NCBI GenBank assembly: GCA_009379955.1
Contig: WHST01000007.1
Location: forward strand, 6,267 to 70,266
Source: Streptosporangiales bacterium
Lineage (GTDB): Bacteria; Actinomycetota; Actinomycetes; Streptosporangiales; WHST01
DNA: 64,000 nt
Direction of reading: 5' to 3'
A program made the translations under genes and the position numbers. The notes under the pieces are model-generated. The model did no database searches. It saw only the letters and a program-made list of their open reading frames with translations, and was not told where the DNA came from. Below are positions 52,801-62,279 of the stretch, one piece after another (within the stretch, counting starts at the first letter, position 1; the number at the start of each line of letters is the position of its first letter).

Positions 52801-53967
52801 TCACCGTGGGAAGTGAACAGGGTGCCCGTCCAGGCCCGTCCGTACGCGGACGGCGCTCACGATCAGCCCACCCAGGGTCAGGCCGGCGGCCACCAGGTAG
52901 ATCGGTCGCGGCCCTGCGGCGGAGTCGGTGATCATCCCACCGAGCCAGCCCGCGCCCGCTGCGGCGACCTGGTATCCGGAGGCGTTGACCGCCATCGCCA
53001 GCGTCGGTGCCTCGGCCGCCGCCGACATGACCCGGGCCTGCATCCCGGGGATGATCGCGAAACCGAGCCCGCCGATCGCGACCACCGCGACGGCGGATGG
53101 CGCCGGCGTGACGGCGACGAGCCAGACGACGACCAGGACCGCGGCCAGGAGACCGAGCATCGCGGGTTGGGCGCTGCGCGGGTACCGGTCGAAGAGCGCG
53201 CCGCCGACCAGGTTGCCGAGCGTCGCGCCCACGCCGTAGCAGAGGAGCAGCGCGGGCAGCCGGCCGGCGGGATGTCCGGCGACGTCGGTGAGCAGTGGAG
53301 CGAGATAGCTGAACACCATCAGTACGCCGGCGTTGCCGACCGCGGTGATCGTCAGCGCCAGCAGGACCGGTGGCCGACGCAGCACCCGCAGTTCTGCCAC
53401 CGCGGAGGTCCGGCTCTTCTCGCGTTCGGGATCCTCGATCATCGCGAAGACCAACAGGAGACCTATCAGGCACGCCACTCCGATCGCGGCGAAGGTCGCA
53501 CGCCACCCCCATCGCCCTCCGATCAGGGTGCCGATCGGTGCCCCGATGATCATGGCGAGGTTCATGCCGAACGCCAGCCTCGCCACAGCAGTGGCCGCAC
53601 GGTCGGGCGACGCCGAACGGACCGCAACGACGATCGCGTGGGCGAAGAAGGTGGACGTGACGAGTGCGGTGATCACCCGCGCGGCCAACAGGAGCGAGAA
53701 GTCGGGAGCGAGGGCGGAGCAGGCGTTGCCCGTCGCGGCGACCCCGAGCAGGATCAGCATCAGCCGCCTGCGGTCGGCGCCGGCGGCGAGCGCGGTCAGC
53801 GTCGGCCCTCCGATGATCATGCCGACCGCGTACGCGGTGACGAGCAGTCCTGCGGTGCCGACGGTGACGTCCAGGTCGGCGGCGACCTCGGGCAGGATCC
53901 CGGCCACCGCGAACTCGCCCGTCGTGATGCTGAAGACGCAGAACATCAAGATCGCAAGTCGGATCAC
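52801..53967 (-). CDS. MFS transporter (drug-efflux-like, 12 TM)
   Basis: ORF 52801..54111. I prefer the GTG at 53967 (VIRLAILMFCVFSITTGEFAVAGILPEVA), because the longer form is Arg/Ser-rich and would overlap the MerR gene start. Confidence 0.85.
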   Translation of the reverse strand: MIRLAILMFCVFSITTGEFAVAGILPEVAADLDVTVGTAGLLVTAYAVGMIIGGPTLTALAAGADRRRLMLILLGVAATGNACSALAPDFSLLLAARVITALVTSTFFAHAIVVAVRSASPDRAATAVARLAFGMNLAMIIGAPIGTLIGGRWGWRATFAAIGVACLIGLLLVFAMIEDPEREKSRTSAVAELRVLRRPPVLLALTITAVGNAGVLMVFSYLAPLLTDVAGHPAGRLPALLLCYGVGATLGNLVGGALFDRYPRSAQPAMLGLLAAVLVVVWLVAVTPAPSAVAVVAIGGLGFAIIPGMQARVMSAAAEAPTLAMAVNASGYQVAAAGAGWLGGMITDSAAGPRPIYLVAAGLTLGGLIVSAVRVRTGLDGHPVHFPR

Positions 53968-53983
53968 GCGGGTACGGTAAAGG

Positions 53984-53999
53984 CTGACGTCAACGTGAG
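53984..53999. promoter_or_regulatory. Imperfect dyad CTGACGTCAACGTGAG in the MFS/MerR divergent region; candidate MerR operator
   Basis: 12 of 16 positions are self-complementary, with the pattern CTnACGTnnACGTnAG. On the minus strand a TTGACC lies just upstream. Confidence 0.4.
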
Positions 54000-54035
54000 G
54001 GTCAAGCGGAGAGCGGCGGTAGGAGGTGGCTGACC

Positions 54036-54395
54036 CTGAAGATCGGAGAGCTGGCCGAGCGGGCCGGTGTGAGCGTGCGGGCGTTGCGCTACTACGAGGA
54101 GAAGGGCGCACTGAACCCGGACCGGACGCAGGGCGGGTATCGCGTGTTCGACGACGCCGACGTGCAGACCGTCGGTCACGTCCAGACGTTGCTCGCTGCC
54201 GGCCTCGGCCTCGACCTCATCGGCCAGATCCTGTCCTGCATGACCGGGGAGACCCTGTTGCTGGACGACTGTCGCGAACGCCTCGAAGCCGAGCGACGGC
54301 GCATGACCGAAGGCGTCGACCGGATCATCACCGCGCGGTCGATCCTGGACGACCTCCTCGCGGACACGACGCCCGGGATCGACGTCAGTCGGTGA
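54036..54395 (+). CDS. MerR family transcriptional regulator
   Basis: The track ORF begins at the GTG at 54069, but the HTH extends upstream in frame (LKIGELAERAGVSVRALRYYEEKGAL). No in-frame ATG, GTG or TTG lies between the AGGAGG at 54021-54026 and 54069, so the start is uncertain; a CTG at 54036 is possible. Confidence 0.8.
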   Translation: MKIGELAERAGVSVRALRYYEEKGALNPDRTQGGYRVFDDADVQTVGHVQTLLAAGLGLDLIGQILSCMTGETLLLDDCRERLEAERRRMTEGVDRIITARSILDDLLADTTPGIDVSR

Positions 54396-55194
54396 AGAAC
54401 CTCGTCAGGACGGGGCCGAGGGACGCGGGGTCGGCGACGTGTCCCTGGCCCTCGACCGTACCGCGCACCGCGCCGGGGACGCTCGCCGCGATCGCGTCGG
54501 CGGCCCGGTCGAAGAAGTCTGCCGGCAGGTCGCCCATGCCGGCCTGGGAGTCTGCGCTCCGCCCGCCGTTGACCACCAGGGTCGGCCGGGCGACGGCGGC
54601 GAGGCGGTCGGTGGGTGGCCGGTAGTCGCCCATGCAGGCCGCGTCGTAGGCGAGGGTGTGCGCGACGGCCACCATGGCGGGCCAGTACGGCGAGCTCCTG
54701 GCTCCGGCGATGTCCTCCGCGGACGAGCCGGCCAACCACATGAACAGCTCGAGCGCCTCGTCCCGCCGGCCGGCGGCGAGCACCGGTCCGAGCCGCTCGA
54801 CGTACTCCTTCGCCCGCTGCCACAAGCCGTCGGCGACGCAGTACGGCACGTCGTAGACCGCGAGCCGGTCGACGGGGACGCCGGCCGCGGCGGCCTCCAG
54901 GACGAGCCCGCCGCCCGACGAGGCGCCGAACAGGTGCGCCGGTCCACCCGCCTCGGCGGCGAGCGCCTCGATGTCCTCGAACTCGCGCTCCACGGCGTAC
55001 GGAAGGGTGTCGCCGCTCTGGCCGCGGCCGCGCCGGGCGTAGTTGTACACGGTGAAGTGCCGCGCGAGCCACGCGGCGAGCGGCGCGTTCTCCGAGCCGT
55101 CGTCGAGGCCGCCGCCGACCAGGATGACGGTCGGCCCGCTCCCGCTGCGGTCGTACGCGATCGATGTACCGTCCTTCGACGTCACGCTCGTCAT
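54385..55194 (-). CDS. alpha/beta hydrolase
   Basis: ORF 54385..55227 with inner ATG (MTSVTSKDG). Nucleophile elbow GASSGG, with ILVGGG upstream of it. Confidence 0.85.
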   Translation of the reverse strand: MTSVTSKDGTSIAYDRSGSGPTVILVGGGLDDGSENAPLAAWLARHFTVYNYARRGRGQSGDTLPYAVEREFEDIEALAAEAGGPAHLFGASSGGGLVLEAAAAGVPVDRLAVYDVPYCVADGLWQRAKEYVERLGPVLAAGRRDEALELFMWLAGSSAEDIAGARSSPYWPAMVAVAHTLAYDAACMGDYRPPTDRLAAVARPTLVVNGGRSADSQAGMGDLPADFFDRAADAIAASVPGAVRGTVEGQGHVADPASLGPVLTRFFTD

Positions 55195-55277
55195 GGCCGC
55201 CTCCTTGTCGCGGAATGCATGTCGCACCCTACGGGTTGACGAGCGAGGATGGGCGTACGCGACGAGAGGGGCCGACG

Positions 55278-55964
55278 ATGAGCTGGCTGTTCGGCAAGAC
55301 CCTGCACCTGCCCTCGCCCGACGAGGCGCTGCCGGGACGTGACGCGTCCCTCCCCGTTCCCTCGGCCCACGAGGTGCTCGGGCACCCGCTGGCGCCGCCG
55401 TACCCCGACCACCTGCGGACCGCCGACTTCGCGCTCGGCTGCTTCTGGGGCGCCGAGCGGCTGTTCTGGCAGCTCGACGGCGTGTGGACCACGGCCGTCG
55501 GCTACGCCGGCGGCTACACGCCGAACCCGACGTACGAGGAGGTCTGCAGCGGACGCACCGGCCATGCCGAGGCCGTGCGCGTGGTGTACGACCCCGAGGT
55601 CGTCTCGTACGAGGTCCTGCTCAAGGTGTTCTGGGAGAACCACGACCCCACCCAGGGCATGCGGCAGGGCAACGACGTCGGCACCCAGTACCGCTCCGCG
55701 GTGTACGTCCACGACGCCGCCCAGCGCGAAGCGGCCGAGACGAGCCGCACCGCGTACAACGACGAACTGCAGCGCGCCGGACACGACGCCGTCACCACCG
55801 ACATCGTCGAGGCCGGTGCGTTCTACTTCGCCGAGGACTACCACCAGCAGTACCTCTACAAGAACCCGAACGGCTACTGCGGCATCTCCGGCACCGGGGT
55901 GAGCTGTCCGGTCGGCCTCGGTGTGAGTACGTCAGACGAGGGACGGAACCCGCCCCGCGTGTGA
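55278..55964 (+). CDS. msrA: peptide-methionine (S)-S-oxide reductase
   Basis: Inner ATG of ORF 55164..55964. Active-site motif GCFWG, plus [12 protein letters not shown] and HQQYL. Confidence 0.95.
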   Translation: MSWLFGKTLHLPSPDEALPGRDASLPVPSAHEVLGHPLAPPYPDHLRTADFALGCFWGAERLFWQLDGVWTTAVGYAGGYTPNPTYEEVCSGRTGHAEAVRVVYDPEVVSYEVLLKVFWENHDPTQGMRQGNDVGTQYRSAVYVHDAAQREAAETSRTAYNDELQRAGHDAVTTDIVEAGAFYFAEDYHQQYLYKNPNGYCGISGTGVSCPVGLGVSTSDEGRNPPRV

Positions 55965-56030
55965 CACGTCTCCTGGTGCCGCAATCGCCGGCACGAGGAT
56001 CGGGCCGGCCCGAGATCACAGGGACGGCAC

Positions 56031-56537
56031 ATGACATCTCTCCAGCACCAGCACCAGTCGCAGAGCCTTGACCCCGGTCCCGCTCCGGCAAGCGTCCGTG
56101 CGGTGTTCTGGCTCGTGATCGTGCAGGCCGTGTTGGGCCTGGCCGTCGGGCTCCCGGTCGCGTACCTGAGCAAGGACGCCATCCTCGCCCAGCAGCCGGC
56201 CACACCCGGCGTCGACGCGGAGGCAGTGTGGAGTGCGGGCTTCGCCATCGGCGTCGTCGTGGCGATCGGGTCGGCCCTGATGTGGCTGCTGTTCGCCGTC
56301 AAGCTCAAGGAGGGGCGCAACTGGGCACGCATCACGATGATCGTGCTGTCCGTCATCTCCCTCGTCTTCACGCCGATCAACCTCCTCAACACCGCCGGCG
56401 CCACTCCCGTGGTGCTGCTGTCGTCGTTGCCCGGCCTGGTGATCACCGTCGTCATCCTGGTCCTGCTCGCGAGGGACCCGGCGAAGAGCTGGACGCCTGC
56501 CAAGACCGCTTACCTGAAGTCGGGCACGCCGTTCTGA
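56031..56537 (+). CDS. membrane protein of unknown function
   Basis: 168 aa with a Gln/His-rich N-terminus followed by four hydrophobic segments. Confidence 0.6.
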   Translation: MTSLQHQHQSQSLDPGPAPASVRAVFWLVIVQAVLGLAVGLPVAYLSKDAILAQQPATPGVDAEAVWSAGFAIGVVVAIGSALMWLLFAVKLKEGRNWARITMIVLSVISLVFTPINLLNTAGATPVVLLSSLPGLVITVVILVLLARDPAKSWTPAKTAYLKSGTPF

Positions 56538-56594
56538 CGAGTACGGGACGCTCCAGTACTTGCGCGGAGTGACACCGGTCTCCTATCTTCCTCT

Positions 56595-56626
56595 CAGAAT
56601 AACGATGTTGTTTTCGGTATTCTGAA
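56595..56626. promoter_or_regulatory. 8-bp inverted repeat TCAGAATA-N16-TATTCTGA inside a ~33 percent GC island upstream of the Tat-signal protein gene
   Basis: In the 48-nt stretch 56585-56632 I counted 16 G or C by hand. Arms lie at 56595-56602 and 56619-56626. Confidence 0.5.
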
Positions 56627-56671
56627 ATATGCCTGCGCGGGGGGCGTCGAGGCAGCCGCCGAGGAGGACCC

Positions 56672-59158
56672 ATGACCGCGCGCTTCATCTCCAGACGCAA
56701 CGTGCTGCATGCAGGCGGCGCCCTCACCGGCGGAGCGGTGGCCGGAGCGCTGGGCATGGCGGAACCCCCGCCCGCCGCTGCCGCCGCCCCCGTCGGGTCG
56801 GCCGAGCCGAGCGGTGGACAAGAGCCGGACGCGAAGACCGCACTGACGTGGTGGCCGCCGCAGCGGCAGGTCTGGACCCCGGTGGGCTGGAAGGGACACC
56901 TGTTCCGGTTCGACGTGTTCTACAACGGCACGACCGTCTGCCAGCCCGCGATCGCGCTGCCGCCGAGCGACGCGCCGACGCTGAAGCCGTACCTCGCGAA
57001 GTACAAGGGCAAGGACTTCCAGGTCACGCCCGTGATGCCGGACGGCGGCGGGATACCGGCGCTGGCCGACGAGCCGTACTACATGTACAAGGGCGACTAC
57101 GGCGTCGGCCACCAGGGCTGGCGGACGGACAGCGACACCCCGGTGCTGTGGACCGACTACCGCCGCCAGGAGGGCCTGGTCCTCCGCCAGGAGATGTTCG
57201 CGCACCTCAAGGGCGGCAAGCCGGTCGACACCGCGTCCGAGCCGATCTACGCGTGGACGCGGTTCTCGGTGGAGCACGTCGACGAGCTGAAGGCTCCGCG
57301 CGACTTCGAGTTCGTGCTGCGGCTCAGCAAGGCCTACCTCAAGCACCGGGTCGGCCCACCACAGCAGCAAGAGGCGTTCATCACGATGGAGGTCACCCCG
57401 TCGGCGGCGCCGCTGCCGTCGCCGCTGCGGATCGACCGGATCTGGAACCCCGACGGACGCCCGCTGACCGTCCGCGTGTACGACGACGCCGACGACGTCC
57501 GGATGGTCGTCGGGACACCCGCCAAGGGCACCATCAGCCTGACCGAGGCCAAGGGTCACCCCGGTGTCTTCGACCTCAAGCTCGGGTTGCCGGTGAAGCA
57601 GGGCACCCACGTCGACGTCCTGTTGCCGATGCTGCCGCAGCCGGCCGCCGAGGCCGACCGGGAGTGGCAGCTCGGCCGCAAGGGCGCCCTCGCCGAGGCG
57701 GAGAGGTTCTGGCGCCCCACCCCGTCGACCGCGACGACGCTGCGCACCCCGGAAAGCCGCGTCAACGAGTACTTCCGGCGCAGCGTGCAACTCGCCGAGG
57801 TGATCGCGGAGAAGAGCCCCGACAGCGGCAAGTACACGTTCCTCACCGGCTCCTACGGCTACGACCTGCTGTGGAGCACGCCGACCTCGATGGTCAGCCA
57901 CATGTTCCTCGACCTGCTCGGCCGGCACGAGGTGGTGGCGAGGCATATCGACCTGTACCGCGACGTGCAGGGCGTGCGGCAGCCGCCGGGGGACGCGTAC
58001 GAGAACATCTCCAAGGAGGGCTTCTTCGCCACGCCGCTTAGCCTGCAGTCGTTCGACTGGCTCGGCGACCACGGCGCGATCCTCGAGGCGGCGGCGCGGC
58101 ACGCGTTGCTCAGCTGGGACAAGAAGTTCCTCGACACCTGGCTCGAACCCATCGTCGACGCCTGCGACTTCATCAAGCGCGCCTGCGCGTACACCGACCA
58201 CGACGGCATCGCCGGCCTGATGCCACCGGCGGCGTCCAACGACACCGGTGTGGAGCAGCAGTCGATCTGGATCCAGGTATGGAACTACAAGGGCCTGGCC
58301 AGCTCCGTACGACTGCTCCGCCGCGTCGAGCACCCGCGGGCCGCCGAGTTCGAGAAACTGGCCGACTCGTTCCGTTCCGCCTTCGTCAAGGCGCTGCGCG
58401 ACGCCGCCGCGTCGGCACCGCGCTGGACCGATCCGGACGGGAAGAAGCATCCGGTGCTGCCGAGCAAGTTCTCCGGCCCGGAGAGCCCGTGGCCGTTCCT
58501 CGAAGCCTTCGACACCGGGGCGCTGACCGCGGTGTGGGCCGGCCTGATGCCCGCCGATGACCCGCTGATGCGGTCGTACCTCGAGTTCTTCCGGGTCGGT
58601 CCGAACGTCGAGCTGTTCGACCCGTGGCACCACACCGCGCTGGACCGGGTGGTGCTCGACCACGAGCAGAGCAGCGGCGAGCCGTGCTACAGCTGGAACC
58701 TGTTCCACAGCTGGCAGCGCGCCGACCGAGCGCGCTTCCTCGAAGGCGTGTACGGCCTTCTCGTCGGCGCGTGCTCACCGGACACCTTCATCGCCGGCGA
58801 GCACCGCAACGCGATGTACGGGAGCCTGTTCGTCCAGCCGCTCGTGACGTGGGCAGCGCGTCACGCCCTGGTCGACGACGCCATCGTCGACGACGAGCTG
58901 CACCTGCTGCGGCTGTGCCCGCTGGCCTGGGTCTCGGCCGACACCCGTACGACGTTCGACCGCGCGCCGACGCTGTTCGGCGTCGTCGATCTGGACTTCC
59001 GGCTGTCCGCGGACCGCCGCACGCTGACCGTGTCCTTCCACGGCGACTGGCGCCGGCGTCCGCGCCGGATCGTGCTGCACCCGCCGCCGGTGCCCGGGCT
59101 GCGCTGGGTGGTGGTGAACGGCCGCCGTCACCGGGCCGACCGCACCGTCGTCGTCTGA
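56672..59158 (+). CDS. Tat-signal secreted protein of unrecognised family (possibly beta-sandwich plus alpha/alpha-toroid, glycosidase-like architecture)
   Basis: 828 aa. GGAGGAGGA lies just upstream of the ATG. Twin-arginine signal MTARFISRRNVLHAGGALTGGAVAGALG. The C-terminal half is helix-rich and Trp/Asp-rich. I could assign no family signature. Confidence 0.75.
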   Translation: MTARFISRRNVLHAGGALTGGAVAGALGMAEPPPAAAAAPVGSAEPSGGQEPDAKTALTWWPPQRQVWTPVGWKGHLFRFDVFYNGTTVCQPAIALPPSDAPTLKPYLAKYKGKDFQVTPVMPDGGGIPALADEPYYMYKGDYGVGHQGWRTDSDTPVLWTDYRRQEGLVLRQEMFAHLKGGKPVDTASEPIYAWTRFSVEHVDELKAPRDFEFVLRLSKAYLKHRVGPPQQQEAFITMEVTPSAAPLPSPLRIDRIWNPDGRPLTVRVYDDADDVRMVVGTPAKGTISLTEAKGHPGVFDLKLGLPVKQGTHVDVLLPMLPQPAAEADREWQLGRKGALAEAERFWRPTPSTATTLRTPESRVNEYFRRSVQLAEVIAEKSPDSGKYTFLTGSYGYDLLWSTPTSMVSHMFLDLLGRHEVVARHIDLYRDVQGVRQPPGDAYENISKEGFFATPLSLQSFDWLGDHGAILEAAARHALLSWDKKFLDTWLEPIVDACDFIKRACAYTDHDGIAGLMPPAASNDTGVEQQSIWIQVWNYKGLASSVRLLRRVEHPRAAEFEKLADSFRSAFVKALRDAAASAPRWTDPDGKKHPVLPSKFSGPESPWPFLEAFDTGALTAVWAGLMPADDPLMRSYLEFFRVGPNVELFDPWHHTALDRVVLDHEQSSGEPCYSWNLFHSWQRADRARFLEGVYGLLVGACSPDTFIAGEHRNAMYGSLFVQPLVTWAARHALVDDAIVDDELHLLRLCPLAWVSADTRTTFDRAPTLFGVVDLDFRLSADRRTLTVSFHGDWRRRPRRIVLHPPPVPGLRWVVVNGRRHRADRTVVV

Positions 59159-59180
59159 CCGGCTGCGGAGGGACACCGTC

Positions 59181-60941
59181 ATGAGCGTCAGCAACTCCCG
59201 TTACCTCGCACTGGTGGCACTGCTGCTCGCCGCGGTGACCGCGACCGGCTACGCCGCGGCACCGGCGCACGCCGCGCTGACACCGCGCGACGGGCGTCAG
59301 GTCGACCTGGCCGCCGCCCAGGAGTCGCGACGGTCCGCCGCCCGGGAGTCGGCGCCGCCGACGGGCGACGTCACCGGCGACGGCAAGGCCGACCTGGTCG
59401 CACGGGACCCGGGCGCGGACAGCGGCAGCTTCCGCCTGTACGCGCACGATGGGGCGACTGCCTCGAACCCATGGGCGTCCTCGGTCGCTTCGGGTGGCGC
59501 GTGGGACTTCGCCGACGCGTTGCTGCTCGGCGACGTCACCGGCGACGGCAGGCCGGACGTCGTCGCCCGCGACCCGGCGGCCGCGGACGGCACGTTGTGG
59601 GTGTACCCGCACGACGGAGCCACGTCCGGCAACCCGTGGACCGGCAGGTTCGCCGCCGGCACCGGGTGGAACGAGTACCGCACCCTGCTGCTCGGTGACG
59701 TCACCGGCGACGGGCGTCCGGACCTGCTCGCGCGTCAGCAGGCAGCGGCGAGCGGCACGCTGTTGGTGTACCGGCACACGGGTGCGGCGTCCGGCAACCC
59801 GTGGACCGCGCCGCCGGTCTGGGCAGGCACGGGGTGGAACCTCGCGACCGCGATGATGCTCGGCGACGTCACCGGCGACGACAACGCGGACATCGTGGCG
59901 CGTGACGGCGCGGGCAGCCTGTGGGTCTACCCCCACAACGGCGTCACCGACGGCAACCCCTTCACCAGCAGGTACGCCGCCGGCACGGGCTGGAACTTCG
60001 CCGACGTGCTGCTGCTCGCGGACGCGACCGGCGACGGTCACTCCGACGTGGTCGCCCGCGACGGCGGTGACCTCTGGGTGTACCCGCATGACGGCGGGAC
60101 GACCGGCAACCCGTGGACGGCGGCCCGGTTCAGCGCCGGGAGTGCCTGGGACTACGCCAACGCGATCGTCGCCGGTGACGTCACCGGCGACGGCCGTCCG
60201 GATCTGCTCGCCAGGATGCATCGTGGTGACCTCTGGGTGTACCCGAACGACGGTAGCTCCCCGTGGCAGGAGAGGTTCGCCGCCGGCAGCCGGTGGGCGT
60301 TCGAGAACCAGTTGCTGCTGGGGGACGTCACCGGCGACGGCGAACTCGACGTCGTCGCCCGCGATCCCGCCGTCTCCGACGGTTCGCTGTGGGTGTATCC
60401 CGGCGACGGCTCGGCGGACCGTGACCCGTGGAGCGGCCCGCGAGTCCTGGCCGGCACCGACTGGAACCTGGCGTCCGCGATGATGCTCGGCGACCTCACC
60501 GGAGACGGTCACCAGGACCTGCTCGCTCGGGACCGCACCGGCGAGCTGTGGATCTACCCGCACGACGGCTTGGTCGCGGGTCACCCCTGGACGGTCGAGC
60601 GGGTGTGGGCGGGCACCGGCTGGAACACGGCGGCGCGGCTCGCCCTCGGCGACGTCGACGGCGACGGCGACGCGGACCTGGTCGACCAGGAACGCGACGG
60701 TTCGCTGTGGGTCTACCCGACCGGAGCGGACCAGCCCGTGCGGGTCGACGGTGACTGGTCTGACGTCACGGCGCTCACCCTGGGGGACGTCGACGGCAGC
60801 GGCCGGCTCGCGCTTGTCGTCCGCGACACCTCGGGTGAGCTGTGGATCCACCCGCACGACGGCAGCACCGGCGGCGACCCCTGGTCGTCTCGCCGTTCCG
60901 CCGGTACCGGGTGGAGCTTCGCGTCGGCGCTCCTGCTCTGA
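59181..60941 (+). CDS. secreted FG-GAP/VCBS repeat (beta-propeller) protein
   Basis: Sec signal ending AHA-A. Ten repeats of 45-56 aa, each with a Ca-binding-like GDVTGDGxxDLVAR loop followed by LWVYPxDG...NPW....AGTGW. Confidence 0.9.
   Translation: MSVSNSRYLALVALLLAAVTATGYAAAPAHAALTPRDGRQVDLAAAQESRRSAARESAPPTGDVTGDGKADLVARDPGADSGSFRLYAHDGATASNPWASSVASGGAWDFADALLLGDVTGDGRPDVVARDPAAADGTLWVYPHDGATSGNPWTGRFAAGTGWNEYRTLLLGDVTGDGRPDLLARQQAAASGTLLVYRHTGAASGNPWTAPPVWAGTGWNLATAMMLGDVTGDDNADIVARDGAGSLWVYPHNGVTDGNPFTSRYAAGTGWNFADVLLLADATGDGHSDVVARDGGDLWVYPHDGGTTGNPWTAARFSAGSAWDYANAIVAGDVTGDGRPDLLARMHRGDLWVYPNDGSSPWQERFAAGSRWAFENQLLLGDVTGDGELDVVARDPAVSDGSLWVYPGDGSADRDPWSGPRVLAGTDWNLASAMMLGDLTGDGHQDLLARDRTGELWIYPHDGLVAGHPWTVERVWAGTGWNTAARLALGDVDGDGDADLVDQERDGSLWVYPTGADQPVRVDGDWSDVTALTLGDVDGSGRLALVVRDTSGELWIHPHDGSTGGDPWSSRRSAGTGWSFASALLL
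59364..60938 (+). repeat. Ten tandem ~135-170-nt coding repeats (FG-GAP units)
   Basis: GGCGACGTCACCGGCGACGG recurs at the DNA level at each unit start. The units are in frame within the CDS. Confidence 0.85.
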
Positions 60942-60942
60942 G

Positions 60943-62190
60943 CTAGCCGCGGAGTGCGGTGAGGGTGTCGGCGAGTTGGTCGACGGCCCAGTCGATGTCG
61001 GCGGCGGTCACCACCAGCGGCGGTGCCAGCCTGATCGTGGAGCCGTGGGTGTCCTTGGCGAGGACCCCGCGCTCCATCAACCCCTCGCAGACCTGGCGGC
61101 CCGTGCCGAGGGCGGGGTCGACGTCGATGCCGGCCCACAGGCCGAGGCCGCGTACCGCCGTCACGCCGGACCCGGTCAGCGCGCGGAGTCGGGTGTGCAG
61201 GCGGTCGCCGAGCACACGGGCGCGTTCCTGGTAGGTGCCGGTCGCCAGCATGCGCACGACCGTGCGGCCGACGGCGCAGGCGAGCGGGTTGCCGCCGAAC
61301 GTCGAGCCGTGCTGGCCGGGGCGCAGCACGCCGAGCACGTCGGCGTCGGCGACGACCGCGGACACCGGCACCACGCCGCCGCCCAGCGCCTTGCCGAGCA
61401 GGTAGACGTCGGCGACCACGCCGAAGTGCTCGCAGGTGAGCGTGTAGCCGGTACGCGCGAGGCCGCACTGGATCTCGTCGGCGATGAAGAGCGTGCGGGT
61501 GCGCGTGCACAGCTCGCGGATCCGGCCGAGGTAGTCGGGCGGCGGGACGAGCACGCCGGCCTCGCCCTGGATCGGCTCGACGAGCACCGCGACGGTGTCG
61601 TCGTCGATCGCGCGCTCGAGTGCCGCCGCGTCGCCGTACGGGACGGTGCGGAACCCGGGTGTATACGGGCCGAACCCGTCGCGCGCCTCCGGGTCGTCGG
61701 AGAAGCTGATGATCGTCGTCGTGCGGCCGTGGAAGTTGCCGGCCGCGACGACGATGTTGGCCCGCCCGGCCGGGACGCCCTTGACCTCATAGCCCCACTT
61801 GCGTGCCACCTTGATGCCGCTCTCGACGGCCTCCGCCCCGGTGTTCATCGGCAGCACCATCTGCTTGCCGACGAGGGCGGCGAGCTCGGCGCAGAACGGG
61901 CCGAGCTGGTCGTGGTGGAACGCGCGGCTGACGAGCGTCACCGCGTCGAGCTGGCGGTGCGCGGCCGCGAGGATCTCGGGGTTGCCGTGGCCGAAGTTCA
62001 CCGCGGAGTACGCGGCGAGGCAGTCGAGGTACCTGCGTCCGGTCACGTCGGTGACCCACGCGCCCTCCGCCGTCGCGGCGACGACCGGCAGCGGGTGGTA
62101 GTTGTGCGCGGCGTACGCCTCGACGAGCGCGATCTGCGCGGCCGGGCCGTCGGTGTCGTCGGCTCGGGCGGGGGTGGTCGTCACCGTCAT
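60943..62190 (-). CDS. rocD: ornithine--oxo-acid aminotransferase
   Basis: ORF 60943..62217 with YHPLPVV, SAVNFGHGNP, NTGAEAVESGIKVARKWGY, FIADEIQCGLARTG and GQHGSTFGGNPLACAV. The start is the ATG at 62190 or the one at 62217. Confidence 0.9.
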   Translation of the reverse strand: MTVTTTPARADDTDGPAAQIALVEAYAAHNYHPLPVVAATAEGAWVTDVTGRRYLDCLAAYSAVNFGHGNPEILAAAHRQLDAVTLVSRAFHHDQLGPFCAELAALVGKQMVLPMNTGAEAVESGIKVARKWGYEVKGVPAGRANIVVAAGNFHGRTTTIISFSDDPEARDGFGPYTPGFRTVPYGDAAALERAIDDDTVAVLVEPIQGEAGVLVPPPDYLGRIRELCTRTRTLFIADEIQCGLARTGYTLTCEHFGVVADVYLLGKALGGGVVPVSAVVADADVLGVLRPGQHGSTFGGNPLACAVGRTVVRMLATGTYQERARVLGDRLHTRLRALTGSGVTAVRGLGLWAGIDVDPALGTGRQVCEGLMERGVLAKDTHGSTIRLAPPLVVTAADIDWAVDQLADTLTALRG

Positions 62191-62279
62191 GCGGTCCTCC
62201 TCGGCAGTGGCTCTCACCGCTCACGGTACGAGTGCCCGCGGGCGCAAACAATCGCCATCGCTTGCGAGTGGACGATAGA

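Noticed and set aside
56594-60857. Two long minus-strand ORFs (704 aa and 689 aa) opposite the Tat-signal protein and FG-GAP genes.
   Set aside because: They are antisense shadows. The plus-strand frames have signal peptides, ribosome-binding sites and a periodic repeat architecture, while the minus-strand products are Arg/Gly/Val/Asp-rich with no motifs.
59364-60938. Regularly spaced near-identical ~20-nt DNA cores that could superficially resemble a CRISPR array.
   Set aside because: The period is 135-170 nt and irregular. The repeats are in frame and encode the FG-GAP calcium-loop motif, the sequences between them are mutually homologous, and there are no cas genes.
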